Virus record (IMG/VR): IMGVR_UViG_3300045988_146009 | Location: 4,816-68,815 of that record | DNA from: a virus | Length of the DNA: 64,000 nucleotides | Reading direction: 5' to 3' (one strand) | Shown here: piece after piece, positions 36,456 through 46,931 of the stretch | Layout of the letters: every line of letters starts with the position of its first letter | Numbering within the stretch: the first letter of the stretch is position 1 | Made by a program: the position numbers and the translations under genes | Notes under the pieces: generated by a model | What the model saw: only the letters and a program-made list of their open reading frames with translations | The model's database searches: none | What the model was told of the DNA's origin: nothing

Positions 36456-38279
36456 ATGGCTCGCACATTCACCAAGTATGGTCTCTCCTGGCCTATTGGA
36501 ACGAGTGCAGTAGATATTGAACTGTACTGTTTCAAGTACGACCACCCCACGGAAAAGGGAGGACTCAACCGCTATGGTCACGCAAAGAATGCGATTGACC
36601 TGCTCTGGAATTACCAGGACTCCCCTACTCCAATCATATGGAACCCTTGGCTTGAGATGGGCCTAGAGGCATGTTGTAAAAACGATGTGTGCATCATGGG
36701 GGGAGGTTCCTCCTGTGGGAAGAGCATGATGATGGCTATTATGGCCCTATTGTTCTACCTTGCGGACCCAGTAAATACCTTATGCCTCGTTACCTCCACA
36801 ACCATTGATGGCGCGAAACAGCGTATCTTCAAGGATATTAAACGATTTTGGAGAACATCCTTTCCAGGCAAGCTGGTAGATGGCAGGGGACAGATTAAAG
36901 GCATCAACGAAGAAGGTCTTCTGGACGATTCCCGCGGTATCAAGATTGTCCCCTGCGCGAACATTGGCGACCCGAGCTCCAGGTTCATTGGTATCAAGGC
37001 AAAGAACATGCACGTATTTTATGACGAGCTTTCCGAACTTCCGATTGAACTTGTAGATGTCTGGCGAAGCAACCTTCGAACCAACGCCGTTGATACTCCC
37101 CCGACTCTTATGGCCGCCTCCAACCCGAAGAGCAAGATGGACGCTTTTGGCCTTCTGGCAAAACCACGACTTGGGTGGAACAGCTTAGACATCACGGAGG
37201 TAGATACGTGGGAAACTACTGATGGCATTTATGTCAGGTTTGATAACACTAAGAACCCCCGTATTTCTCTTGGACGTGAAGACTGGTCTTGGTTTACAGA
37301 TTACCAAACTATTCAGGATGCAATTGATACCTACGGGGAGAACTCTCCCCAGGTTCTCCGATTCTACAAAGCGACCTTTTCGGACGATGTGGAAGAAGGG
37401 TGCCTAATCTCCGAGAATGAGATTATCGCCGCGGCATGCGACACTCGCCCCATTTGGGGTTCGGAAGAGCCTGTGAAGATTGCGGCTATGGACCCTGCCT
37501 ACACCAACGGCGGGGACTTGACGGTTCTTAAAACAGCCTTCGTTGGTCTCACGATTGAGGGGAACCTCGCCCTCTGCCAGGACAGAACGGTCGTACTCAA
37601 GGCTCCGAGCGCAAAGTCCTCTACGATGAACAAGAAGGACCGGAGCTTTGTAATCGCAAGACAGGTGAAGGAAATCCTGGAAGAAGAAGGCATCCCTGCT
37701 GAGAACTTCATTGTGGACATTACTGGTGGGGTTAGTTTCGGGGACGTACTCAGTTCTTTCATTGATTCTAATTTCATCTCTCTGTCCTATGCTGGCAAGG
37801 CTTCTACCGCGGCCATATCAGCGAAGGATTCCGCAAGGGCCTGTGACGTTTACCACAACAAGGTATCCGAACTTTGGGGTTCCATGCAACAGGCTATCAA
37901 GGCGCGTCAGCTTTTTGGTCTTGACCCAACTACCATCAACGAGATTAAATCTCGAAAGTACACCCTCGTTGGTAACAGGATTAAGATGGAAGAGAAGGCG
38001 GATATGAGAAAGAGGCTTCGAAAGAGTCCGGATAACGCTGATACGGTAGCCATGCTTTGCATGCTTGCCCGCCGTAAGTTCCCAGCACTATTCGGGAAGA
38101 TTGCAAGGAGGAGCTACACCTCTACGCCTACGGTGGAAAGCCAAGTTGAAGTGAATAGCAATGGGGTTAAAGTAATCCGAGGACCCTATCTCAAAGCCTA
38201 CCTAAAAGATGTAGAGGTAGTTCCGGATAAAAGAGACTGGCGGGATGAAGCCCTACGTTTAAGAAATTTAAAACTCTAA
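36456..38279 (+). CDS. terL: terminase large subunit
   Basis: 607 aa. Walker A-like GGGSSCGKS. Sits upstream of portal, scaffold and MCP. Acidic nuclease-type C-terminal half. Confidence 0.6.
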   Translation: MARTFTKYGLSWPIGTSAVDIELYCFKYDHPTEKGGLNRYGHAKNAIDLLWNYQDSPTPIIWNPWLEMGLEACCKNDVCIMGGGSSCGKSMMMAIMALLFYLADPVNTLCLVTSTTIDGAKQRIFKDIKRFWRTSFPGKLVDGRGQIKGINEEGLLDDSRGIKIVPCANIGDPSSRFIGIKAKNMHVFYDELSELPIELVDVWRSNLRTNAVDTPPTLMAASNPKSKMDAFGLLAKPRLGWNSLDITEVDTWETTDGIYVRFDNTKNPRISLGREDWSWFTDYQTIQDAIDTYGENSPQVLRFYKATFSDDVEEGCLISENEIIAAACDTRPIWGSEEPVKIAAMDPAYTNGGDLTVLKTAFVGLTIEGNLALCQDRTVVLKAPSAKSSTMNKKDRSFVIARQVKEILEEEGIPAENFIVDITGGVSFGDVLSSFIDSNFISLSYAGKASTAAISAKDSARACDVYHNKVSELWGSMQQAIKARQLFGLDPTTINEIKSRKYTLVGNRIKMEEKADMRKRLRKSPDNADTVAMLCMLARRKFPALFGKIARRSYTSTPTVESQVEVNSNGVKVIRGPYLKAYLKDVEVVPDKRDWRDEALRLRNLKL

Positions 38280-38281
38280 TC

Positions 38282-38941
38282 ATGAACATACAAGACGCAA
38301 AGAACACGACTACTCTTCAATCAGAAAGGACCAGCAAAATGGAAAGGCTGGCTCAGAAGGCGGTAGCTTTCTACAGGAATGGTGCCCCCATGGATGTCAT
38401 CGAAAAGGTGACTGGCCTTAAAGGGAAAGACCTTGACAATATCCTTTCGGAAGTTGAGCTTACTCCTGATGAACTGAGGGTGAGAGACGAGCTGGCCATG
38501 GCCTATCTCTCTAACACCACCAGCAGGATTCAGAAAAGGAGGGACGAAATCTCAAAGGAGAAGTCCCGAATTCTGGAAGCAATCTCCGGGAAGGCATCCA
38601 ACCTTTTGACGAGCGGTGTGTCCAAGCTACTGAACTTTGTAGAGGATGTTGAACTCTTCGATATGAAGGATGCCGAGAAGCTTATACATGTCCTCGAAAA
38701 GGTGAATGGACTGACAGATAAGCTCCATGAAGGACTTATCAGAGCGGACCAGAATATCCTCAGTGACATTGTTGAGAGTATCCGAATTGAACAGACGGAT
38801 ACCACACGCCAGATGATTCTGGACGATACTGATGAAGATGGAAGGGTTCTGCTTGATGGAGATGGCAGGAGGAAAAAGACCCGCGTCGTAGAAGAAGAAA
38901 GTGTTCAACGAGTGGTCGGCGTAAACGTTAAACCACTTTAA
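38282..38941 (+). CDS. hypothetical protein with HTH-like N-terminus and acidic C-terminus (possible small terminase or DNA-binding protein)
   Basis: 219 aa, ATGA-coupled to terL. VAFYRNGAPMDVIEKVTGLKGKDLDNIL is HTH-like. Long helical region. Confidence 0.35.
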   Translation: MNIQDAKNTTTLQSERTSKMERLAQKAVAFYRNGAPMDVIEKVTGLKGKDLDNILSEVELTPDELRVRDELAMAYLSNTTSRIQKRRDEISKEKSRILEAISGKASNLLTSGVSKLLNFVEDVELFDMKDAEKLIHVLEKVNGLTDKLHEGLIRADQNILSDIVESIRIEQTDTTRQMILDDTDEDGRVLLDGDGRRKKTRVVEEESVQRVVGVNVKPL

Positions 38942-38948
38942 CAGGAGA

Positions 38949-38980
38949 AGCCCCGTCTAGTAGGCGGGGTTTCTTTTTTG
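38949..38980 (+). terminator. rho-independent terminator followed directly by GTATGACACA
   Basis: Stem CCCCGTC / GGCGGGG (one G-U pair), loop TAGTA, then TTTCTTTTTT. The motif follows at 38980-38989. Confidence 0.6.
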
Positions 38981-38981
38981 T

Positions 38982-39881
38982 ATGACACAACACAATATTG
39001 ATAGAATCTATTTCTATGGTATAACTCAACAAGACATGGCCATTTCAAAAGCTGAACAACGAAAGAAAGAACGGATAGCCAAGAGCAAGGCCCGAAGGAA
39101 CCGTGGCATAAAAAAACATGATGTAGACAAGAGTGACCTTCGACCCCGGAATTTTCAGGAGCTTATGTACAAGTGGCTCCCCGCTACCCTTGAATTTAAT
39201 TACAGGGGAGAAGACTTTGATGTATATGATTACTACGCCGCAGGAACAAGCGGAGGTGGACAGAACCCCCTTGCTATCGGTTCTACAAATGGGGCATTAG
39301 AAATCATTGGGTACACCAAGTTCCCAAGTACTCCCTATGCAGTAAGATGTGTATGTGGTCGAGTAATGAAGCTGAATATTAAGGACTTCAACGAACACCC
39401 CCACTGTGGGTGTTTTTTCCGTGCTGTCCGAACAGCCTACCTGATTCGCACCCGCATTGAAGCAGTTCGCTCCTGGCTGAATAATGTGGGAGACTGGTTA
39501 CTTGACCTTGAAGTTATCGAGGATTATATGGTAGACTTCATTGATAAGTCCCGAGGTCTGGACCAAAGGAAAACCCCCTATGTGAGAAAGTCCCCCGCTG
39601 AACCATTCATCAATTTACTTCACGGGAAAACTGACCCAATGCCGCAGGAATTTCTTGATTTCTTCCTGCTCATTTCTACGACGAAAAGCTATAAAAAGCT
39701 CCTTACAGAACTCGTTGATAAGAACAGCGAATACCCTTTGTGGGAAGCTATTCCCCTCAGCGACATGTCCGAGTATGAGAGGGTGAGCAATTCCCTCCCG
39801 GAGTTTGATGCGGCAACCTTCATTAATCTTATCCACCATCTCAATGAAACAGAAGCTTCCAAGTTTACGGAGGGTAGTTAA
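38982..39881 (+). CDS. hypothetical protein
   Basis: 299 aa. The annotated ATG overlaps the GTATGACACA motif. An alternative start is at 39038. Confidence 0.45.
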   Translation: MTQHNIDRIYFYGITQQDMAISKAEQRKKERIAKSKARRNRGIKKHDVDKSDLRPRNFQELMYKWLPATLEFNYRGEDFDVYDYYAAGTSGGGQNPLAIGSTNGALEIIGYTKFPSTPYAVRCVCGRVMKLNIKDFNEHPHCGCFFRAVRTAYLIRTRIEAVRSWLNNVGDWLLDLEVIEDYMVDFIDKSRGLDQRKTPYVRKSPAEPFINLLHGKTDPMPQEFLDFFLLISTTKSYKKLLTELVDKNSEYPLWEAIPLSDMSEYERVSNSLPEFDAATFINLIHHLNETEASKFTEGS

Positions 39882-40380
39882 CTCCGATAAGACTTCCAAG
39901 AACAAAGACCTTACAGCCAATGGGTGGAGAACCAAGACTGGAAAGTGTATGGATGCCGGAACATGGGGAGATGCCTATAGATTCCAGAAGGTCTTCTTTA
40001 CCTTCGTAAAATCCAATCAGAAGATGCAACCTCTTCTAGGTGAGAGTGCTCCACATTACAGTCCGTATTCCCCTACGTGTCCCGTCACCATAGCTCGTGG
40101 AACGAAGGTCGAGGTAGTTGATGCTTTTCGAATAAATATTTTCAGTAGTGAACGGAACCATCCTCCGTTTGAATTAAAACCCAATAACCTAACCACCAAC
40201 CAATTCTTTCCCCTGCTTTACCACCCCTTCATTGAGGCCCAGCTTTATTATAGTTGGTATCCTATGATGCGCTTAATGTGTCAAGATAGAGCATTTTTAT
40301 TGACACCACTGGGGTGTGTAACGTATGGTAAGAACCAACCAACTACGGTTAACACAGAACAACGTAATCAAATTATCTAA
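39805..40380 (+). CDS. hypothetical protein (start uncertain; alternative Met at 39949)
   Basis: 191-aa ORF overlapping the upstream gene by 76 nt. Confidence 0.4.
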   Translation: MMRQPSLILSTISMKQKLPSLRRVVNSDKTSKNKDLTANGWRTKTGKCMDAGTWGDAYRFQKVFFTFVKSNQKMQPLLGESAPHYSPYSPTCPVTIARGTKVEVVDAFRINIFSSERNHPPFELKPNNLTTNQFFPLLYHPFIEAQLYYSWYPMMRLMCQDRAFLLTPLGCVTYGKNQPTTVNTEQRNQII

Positions 40381-41330
40381 TGTCTACGACACTAATCATC
40401 CCCTGCGAACCGAGAGTAGTAGCTAATGCTGATGCCATTATCCAGTCTATTCTGGATTCCCACGAAGAAGAACAGTTGAAGAGGCACAACCTCGTTATCA
40501 TTTCTCCATATCTTGGTGAATACAAAGCAGAGAAGTTCCTGGAAGAACTTACTCCTGTGTTCGGCAATACCTACCATCATGTTCTTAAGACCCCCTGCGC
40601 TGAACCCTTCGGCTTTATCAATGCCGCCTTCTCCGATACCCTCGCCTATCTTGACCTCAATTATTCCAAGGATTCTATCTCCCCTGTTATTTGGTATGAC
40701 GAGAAAGGCCAGGACCGTTTTCAGAAAGATGCGCTCGACATCATCGAAGCGGTCTACTACAAGAAGAGTTCTTTCCAGCTTTACGGACCCGAAAATAAGA
40801 CCATCGCAAAGAAGGGCACTCCCGGTACAATGTCCGCGGGAACCCCTGAGAAAAAGTTCCCGGACCATTCATTTGTGTTCAGTTCCGACTTTATCAGCCG
40901 TTACCCTCACACCGCCCCATATGTCCGCTCCTTGTCAAGCAACTCCCACTTTAGGCCCTTCCTCGCCGAAGCCTTGATTAATGACAAGTCTGAAAAACTG
41001 AACTCCTGGGACTCTATTTTCCAGGTAGATGCGAATCCTGCGGTTCCGGAAGAAGTTACCGTAAGTTCTGTTCATGTTGCCTCAACTCCGTCTAATACTC
41101 CTGTAGCCAACTTCTCCCGAACCAACCCCCCTGTTGTTTCCGGAGCCTCCCCCATCCCCGTTAACGAGCCTATGACCAGCACCATTCCCGAAGGAAAGGC
41201 GGATGAACTTCGTTCATTCCTGCTTGGTAAAGGACAGACCACCGATACTGAGAAACAGGAATCTCCCGACCCCAAAACCAGCGGTAAAAAAAAGAAGGCT
41301 ACTGGGGAAGATAAGGAATCCTCAATTTAA
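40380..41330 (+). CDS. hypothetical protein with Pro/Ser/Thr-rich C-terminal tail
   Basis: 316-aa ORF. Confidence 0.5.
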   Translation: MSTTLIIPCEPRVVANADAIIQSILDSHEEEQLKRHNLVIISPYLGEYKAEKFLEELTPVFGNTYHHVLKTPCAEPFGFINAAFSDTLAYLDLNYSKDSISPVIWYDEKGQDRFQKDALDIIEAVYYKKSSFQLYGPENKTIAKKGTPGTMSAGTPEKKFPDHSFVFSSDFISRYPHTAPYVRSLSSNSHFRPFLAEALINDKSEKLNSWDSIFQVDANPAVPEEVTVSSVHVASTPSNTPVANFSRTNPPVVSGASPIPVNEPMTSTIPEGKADELRSFLLGKGQTTDTEKQESPDPKTSGKKKKATGEDKESSI

Positions 41331-41339
41331 TAAACCCTG

Positions 41340-43625
41340 ATGCAATACTCCACGTCTCCCGATAATCCCAGTTATGGGACAGCCATGGTCTCTGTAATTG
41401 ACCAGCAAGGAAACTTCCTAAAGCTTCGTGTTCCTAATGCTGTGATTGCACGAGGATTATACATGAATGCGTTGAGAGCCGATTTGGAGTCCCGGAGCAA
41501 CCGCAACACCGCCCAGGAAGAACTGGACGGTGTTGCCCCCTTCGACGATGCCACTCTACAGGCATTAGGACAGTCTAACCGTACCAACAATAACTTTAGG
41601 TACATGAGGCTATTCCATAGTAAGGTAATGGCGGCTCTGAACGACACCATTGAATCGACTCCCTATCTTCTCTCCGTGAGAACGAAGGCTGGAAACAAGC
41701 AAGCCCAGGTAAGATATTCCGAGAGGCTTTCCTTCCACCTTACCAAACTCATTAGGAACATGGAAGGATACCATAGCATCATGAACTACCTGCTTCACAA
41801 TTTCGCGTATCACGGGTTTGCCGCCGCTTACTTCGATGATAAGGATACGTGGTATTGGAATGCGGGGGGACTTGATGACTTCGCTTTTGAACGAAAGACT
41901 AAGCCAGACCCCAAGACGATTGAAATCGTTTTTGCCAGCCGGACCCTTCGGGTTCACGAACTCTTGGATTTTATCCGAGATAAAGAAACGGCCAAGATGG
42001 CAGGGTGGAATCCGGAAGTAGTCGAACAGGTTTGCAAGACAGCCTCTTATTCTCTTCCGAACTATCTCAAGAGTGAAACAACTATTGAGACAATGGAGAA
42101 GAATGGAGACCTTACCATGGCTGACATGACTGGGACGAGCATTCCCATTGTTCACGCATGGATTAAGGAATTTGATGGAACTGTTACCCATGCTGTGTTT
42201 TATGAAATGAACCAGCAAACTCCCAACTCTTCTCAAGATTCTTCTTTTGAAGTGAAGGAAGATATTGTAAATGAGTTCCTCTACATGAAAGAGAAGGCAT
42301 ATGACAGCATGGAACAGGCATTCGTTATGTTCCCCTATGGGACCAGCACGAACGGGTTTATTCACAGCCTCCGAGGATTTGGTAATGACATTCTCCCTCA
42401 GACTAAGGTAGCTAACAAGCTGACCTGCGTAGGTGTGGATGCCGCTATGCAGAACCTTTCCATCACTCTCCAAGCAACCAATGAAGCCGCAAGGCTGGAT
42501 GCCGCGGTGAACCCTATTGGGAACTACACCATCATTGATGGCAACTTTCAAATATCCAACTCCGCCAATGTAGATATTCCCAAAGGTATGGGCGGAATCA
42601 TGGACATGATGCAGTCCTCCATCCGGGATTATCTCGGTGAGATTGACACCCAGGCCGATGGAAGTATGGGTAAGACCCAGTTTGAAACAGAAGTCATGCT
42701 GGGTAACGCCACCCGCCTTGCTCACCGGGTTCAAGCTCGCTTGATGGAGTGCCTCACTAAATTGTTCCGCGAGATTGTGAGACGAGTAATTTCCCCCGAA
42801 CTTGACGAGCACGTAAAAGGATATGAAGAAGTCAAGGCTATGATTGAAGACCTGGACTACGAAGGGGTCCCCATCGAAGCTCTACGTGCTATTGACCCGC
42901 GGTACACCATTGCTACTCCTGCCATTGGGGATGGTTCTCCTGTACGACGAAAGCTGATGTTGAATGACATGTTCAAATACATGCAGTTTCTTCCCAAGTC
43001 TGGTCAGGACAACCTCATGCGAATGATAACGGTTGAGAACATGACTCCATTCCTGGGCGACCTAGTTTATCCCGAACCCGGTTCTGAGTTTGGTCAACCG
43101 AACGTCGAGGCTATTGCCGCCATGCAGAACAATCAAATGATTCAAGGGATGGAAGTTCCCGTATTACCCAACGAAGACCACAGGGTACACGCGGATGTTC
43201 ACGCCAACGAAATCCTTGTACTCATTCCTGAACAGGAACTTACCAAGGAACAGATGGCGGAACTCGCCCCCACTCTTGAAATCCTCGCATCACACTTGCA
43301 GGAACACATGCAGTATCTTGCTGTGAAGAAGGAAATCATTCCTGAATACGCACAGTATGAAAAGCTTCTGCGTAGGTGTAATGAAATCATTACTAACGGA
43401 ATGCGAGCCTTAGAAGCTATGGAGCGGGAAGAAGGGGGTGCCCCAGGTGAACAACAGCCGGGTGAACCTACCGAAGACCAGATTGCCATGATGAAAGCAC
43501 AAGCCGAAGAAGAAAGAAAGAATGCGGCTTTTCAGGCAGAACAAGGTAGACTCGACAGGGAATCTACAGCGGAGATAGCTCGAAAGAGCGCGGAAGCGGC
43601 AGAAAAAATTATCTCTGGACTATAA
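41340..43625 (+). CDS. portal protein (putative)
   Basis: 761 aa, lying between terL and the scaffold/MCP genes. Acidic coiled-coil C-terminus. Confidence 0.5.
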   Translation: MQYSTSPDNPSYGTAMVSVIDQQGNFLKLRVPNAVIARGLYMNALRADLESRSNRNTAQEELDGVAPFDDATLQALGQSNRTNNNFRYMRLFHSKVMAALNDTIESTPYLLSVRTKAGNKQAQVRYSERLSFHLTKLIRNMEGYHSIMNYLLHNFAYHGFAAAYFDDKDTWYWNAGGLDDFAFERKTKPDPKTIEIVFASRTLRVHELLDFIRDKETAKMAGWNPEVVEQVCKTASYSLPNYLKSETTIETMEKNGDLTMADMTGTSIPIVHAWIKEFDGTVTHAVFYEMNQQTPNSSQDSSFEVKEDIVNEFLYMKEKAYDSMEQAFVMFPYGTSTNGFIHSLRGFGNDILPQTKVANKLTCVGVDAAMQNLSITLQATNEAARLDAAVNPIGNYTIIDGNFQISNSANVDIPKGMGGIMDMMQSSIRDYLGEIDTQADGSMGKTQFETEVMLGNATRLAHRVQARLMECLTKLFREIVRRVISPELDEHVKGYEEVKAMIEDLDYEGVPIEALRAIDPRYTIATPAIGDGSPVRRKLMLNDMFKYMQFLPKSGQDNLMRMITVENMTPFLGDLVYPEPGSEFGQPNVEAIAAMQNNQMIQGMEVPVLPNEDHRVHADVHANEILVLIPEQELTKEQMAELAPTLEILASHLQEHMQYLAVKKEIIPEYAQYEKLLRRCNEIITNGMRALEAMEREEGGAPGEQQPGEPTEDQIAMMKAQAEEERKNAAFQAEQGRLDRESTAEIARKSAEAAEKIISGL

Positions 43626-43628
43626 TAA

Positions 43629-43952
43629 ATGAGAAGACCATTAGAAAGAAAAGAAGACTTCCGTAGAGACGAGGTGAAGGTCAATGAATTGCATCGACTT
43701 TTACAGAGCCCCGTCATGAGAGAAGCCATCGACCTAATCCATGATTTGGCCTGCCCCACTACGGTGGCAGGTTCCATGGAAGTAGCGGCACTCCAAGGAA
43801 GCTATTATGCAGGATGCAATTTTGCAATAAATACCTTGCTTGAGTTAACAAGTTTGGATATGCTATCCAATACCTCAACCACCAAAACCCCTATACAAGA
43901 CCCTCTCTTAGATAAGATTGAGAGGATTAGAGCATTCAATTCTAGACCTTAA
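43629..43952 (+). CDS. hypothetical protein
   Basis: 107-aa ORF. Confidence 0.45.
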   Translation: MRRPLERKEDFRRDEVKVNELHRLLQSPVMREAIDLIHDLACPTTVAGSMEVAALQGSYYAGCNFAINTLLELTSLDMLSNTSTTKTPIQDPLLDKIERIRAFNSRP

Positions 43953-43957
43953 TTCAC

Positions 43958-45118
43958 ATGAGCGACGTAGTAATCATTCCCTCCAACGAAGTACCTATCC
44001 CCACCAATGGTGGAAGCGATAACCTCCTCTCCAACCTGATGGAACAGGCCGCAGGGACCGTGGTATCAGACCCCACGCCTTCACCTCAGTCAACTCCAGC
44101 CCCAGCTCCGGCCCCACAGGATTCTCCAGAACCAGCTCCTGTTGAAACTATTGAGGACAACACTCTTCCCGAAGACGAAGAGAATCCTTCCCCTGAAAAC
44201 GAACCAACGGAACCTAAGGTAGAAGAGGATAAGCCTCGTGGACAACATCAGAGTGCCGCGGCGGGGAAAAGGTTCGCTGAGATGCGTGTTCAACTTCGTG
44301 AGCAGACGAAGACCATATCTGAACTGACATCCAAGCTCGAAGCACTTAAAGAGAACCCCCCTGCTTCCGAAGACGTAACTAATCTGAAAAAGGAAGTAGA
44401 AACCTACAAGGGGGTCCTCAATGCGTTTGCCTATCAAACTTCGGACCAGTATAAAACCGAAGTGTCCCAACCGTTCGAAAAAGCCTCAACGGCTATATCG
44501 TCCCTTGCCCCCTCAGTCACCCAGGATGCCTTGAATGAGGTAGCCCTGAATGGGGACCTGGATGACTTTGACCGGGAGAATGCCTATGAAGAGATTGCTA
44601 CCGAAGCGGGCTTACAGGCCAATGAGATTAGCAAGTTCGTCAGGCTCGCCAAGGTACGTGATGCCGCTATCGCTAAGGCTACCGAGTTCAAAGAGAAAGC
44701 TGATACCTTCCGTGAGAAATTCCTTTCCGAGATTAAGGGAGACGGAAAGTACGAAGTGGACTTAACGAACTATACGAACGATGCGTTCAAAGCGGAAGCT
44801 GAAAGCTTTGGTCTCAAACTGGACGACGAGGGTTTGTCAGAAATCGTGAAACAAGGTAGGCACCTTGCTCATAAAATTGACAACGCTTCCTTTATGAAAG
44901 CGGCCATCCTTCCGAAAGTTGTGGACGCATTGGAAGATGCCCGTTCAGAGATTGCAGAACTCAACAAAAAGATTGCAAAGCTCAGAGCATCAAATCCTTC
45001 TGCTACAAAGGGGGTCTCCTCTAATACGGCCCCCGCTCCAGCGAAGGCACCTGAGAGCAAGAGTCCTAGAAGTGTTGAAGACCTATTTGGTGAAGCAATG
45101 AAAATGTCGGGGTTTTAA
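43958..45118 (+). CDS. scaffolding protein (putative)
   Basis: 386 aa. Pro/Glu-rich N-terminus and long coiled coils. Directly upstream of the MCP and followed by a terminator. Confidence 0.45.
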   Translation: MSDVVIIPSNEVPIPTNGGSDNLLSNLMEQAAGTVVSDPTPSPQSTPAPAPAPQDSPEPAPVETIEDNTLPEDEENPSPENEPTEPKVEEDKPRGQHQSAAAGKRFAEMRVQLREQTKTISELTSKLEALKENPPASEDVTNLKKEVETYKGVLNAFAYQTSDQYKTEVSQPFEKASTAISSLAPSVTQDALNEVALNGDLDDFDRENAYEEIATEAGLQANEISKFVRLAKVRDAAIAKATEFKEKADTFREKFLSEIKGDGKYEVDLTNYTNDAFKAEAESFGLKLDDEGLSEIVKQGRHLAHKIDNASFMKAAILPKVVDALEDARSEIAELNKKIAKLRASNPSATKGVSSNTAPAPAKAPESKSPRSVEDLFGEAMKMSGF

Positions 45119-45151
45119 AATAGCTTGACATAATCAACCTAAAAAGTGTAA

Positions 45152-45191
45152 AGAAGGTACATCAATTAACGATGTACCTTCTTTTGCTTTT
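45152..45191 (+). terminator. rho-independent terminator
   Basis: Stem GAAGGTACATC / GATGTACCTTC, 7-nt loop, then TTTTGCTTTT. Confidence 0.7.
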
Positions 45192-45328
45192 CATCGTTGG
45201 CAAAACTTTTATCTAGTAGGAGCACCCGGTTTCCCTACGGCCACCAGACAGACAACATTAAGTAGTTAAATCTACCCTGGCCTTGACAAAGCCAGACAAA
45301 ACAAACCTTATTTTTTCTATCTATTTTT

Positions 45329-46603
45329 ATGGCTACTCCTACTAACCCCTCCGAAATCGCCGCAGGGGATACCATCATGGTAAATATGAGCAACCTCCTG
45401 AAAAAGGAGATGTTCAAAACTCAAGTCCGTATTTCTCCCTGGAACAGTCAGATGGTCCAGCAGATTGCGTGGGAAGACGGCGTGGGTGATACGGGCCGAG
45501 TCAACGTGTTCGGTGCGTCCTTCCTCCCGGCTCAGTGGAATCCGGTAACTCTCCAGTCCACCTCCTACGACCCTGGTCTCCAGGTGAACGAAGTTGGTTC
45601 TACGGAATACTCCTTCTCCCGCGACATCACGATGCTGGCCTCTCAGAAGATTGACGTGACTCGTCTCCGTCAGTCCTGGCAAGCTCGTCAACAGGCTGTT
45701 GCCATCGCGGAAGGTCTTGCCTCCATGGTGGGTTACAACTGGTCTGTGCGTTACCGTGACAACTATTCCTCCTGCGCCACCTACAAGCTGGTGCTGACCG
45801 CTAACGGCATTGTTGGCCTGGACGCTATTACGTCCGATATTACCTCCTTCCCGGAAGTCCAGCCCGAAGCGGCCCTGAACTCCGCGGTCATGGACATGGT
45901 TTACAACGATGTTCTCCAATTTGAAGGCGCGTTTGAATCTGCTGATGGTATGACCAATGGTGCTCCGGTGTTCACGGTTATGGCCTCTCGTAACACGATT
46001 GACTTCATTACCCGTGGCTCCGACGTTTCCCATAACGACTGGCGATGGGCTGAGGCAACCTACGGCGAAAAGTCCTTCCTCATGAACCAGCTTGGTGCAA
46101 AGAAGGCTTACAAGAACTTCATGTATGTTCTTGACTCTCTCGCCCCGCGTTACACCTTTGATGCCACGAAGCCCGCTGGCCAGAAGTGGATTCGCGTTGA
46201 ACCCTATATCCTGGTCCCCACCACGAACGGCACCCGTGCTATTCAGAACCCGGCTTACCGTGACGCTCCCTTCGAAGACACCATCGTGTTCGTGAAGGAC
46301 GTGTTCAAGTCCATGGTGGTCAACCCGTACACGGGCGATGACCGAGCCACGTTCAATCCGCAGACCTTCTCCGGTGAACTGGAATGGGTAAACAACCGAG
46401 ACATGGATAAGAACTACCTTGGCACTCAGGGCCTGTTCATTGCTTCCCTGTCCAATGGTGTGATGCCCGTCAAGCCCCGTCATGGCGTTGTGATTCGTCA
46501 CGTTCGCGCCCTGGCTAACGCTGAACTGGTGGACGCTAACGGCAATCCGATTGGCTCCCTGGCTTCCACGCCCGCTGTTGCTCTGACCGCTAACGGCCTG
46601 TAA
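45329..46603 (+). CDS. major capsid protein (putative, HK97-fold expected)
   Basis: 424 aa. It has the strongest C-ending codon bias in the window. It lies between a 140-nt structured leader and a strong terminator, in the position after the scaffold gene. Confidence 0.6.
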   Translation: MATPTNPSEIAAGDTIMVNMSNLLKKEMFKTQVRISPWNSQMVQQIAWEDGVGDTGRVNVFGASFLPAQWNPVTLQSTSYDPGLQVNEVGSTEYSFSRDITMLASQKIDVTRLRQSWQARQQAVAIAEGLASMVGYNWSVRYRDNYSSCATYKLVLTANGIVGLDAITSDITSFPEVQPEAALNSAVMDMVYNDVLQFEGAFESADGMTNGAPVFTVMASRNTIDFITRGSDVSHNDWRWAEATYGEKSFLMNQLGAKKAYKNFMYVLDSLAPRYTFDATKPAGQKWIRVEPYILVPTTNGTRAIQNPAYRDAPFEDTIVFVKDVFKSMVVNPYTGDDRATFNPQTFSGELEWVNNRDMDKNYLGTQGLFIASLSNGVMPVKPRHGVVIRHVRALANAELVDANGNPIGSLASTPAVALTANGL

Positions 46604-46610
46604 TCTAACC

Positions 46611-46655
46611 GGGGGTAGGGAATACACTTAGTATCCCTACCCCCATTCTCTTTTA
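46611..46655 (+). terminator. rho-independent terminator after the capsid gene
   Basis: Stem GGGGGTAGGGA / TCCCTACCCCC, 13-nt loop, then ATTCTCTTTT. Confidence 0.6.
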
Positions 46656-46663
46656 AGAACACA

Positions 46664-46927
46664 ATGAAGATTCCTTTTAATGTAGACAGCTTCCCGGATG
46701 CAAAGCCGGGTGACATCGTTGACCTCGTAGCCTCTGGTGTTGTGAGCGACGACGGGAAGGTCATCAAGATTACCTCCATTGAAGATACGGAGATTGACGA
46801 GGATGACGATGAAGATGACGAGGAAGGCAAGGGCAAAGAAACCGAAGAAGTAACGGAAGAAACCGAAACGACTGGCTCCCCTGCTGACCTCTCTATGGCT
46901 ATGGAACAATTCGCAAAACAGGCTTAA
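46664..46927 (+). CDS. small highly acidic protein
   Basis: 87 aa, including EIDEDDDEDDEEGKGKETEEVTEETETTG. Confidence 0.45.
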   Translation: MKIPFNVDSFPDAKPGDIVDLVASGVVSDDGKVIKITSIEDTEIDEDDDEDDEEGKGKETEEVTEETETTGSPADLSMAMEQFAKQA

Positions 46928-46931
46928 CACC

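Noticed and set aside
45317-46627. 436-aa minus-strand ORF spanning the whole capsid gene. Similar cases: 400 aa at 41610-42812 inside portal, 378 aa at 24721-25857 inside primase-helicase, 386 aa at 60082-61242 inside the 949-aa gene.
   Set aside because: They mirror the strongest C-ending codon-bias genes (an RNY periodicity artefact). The translations are Gly/Arg/Val-rich with no domain-like features.
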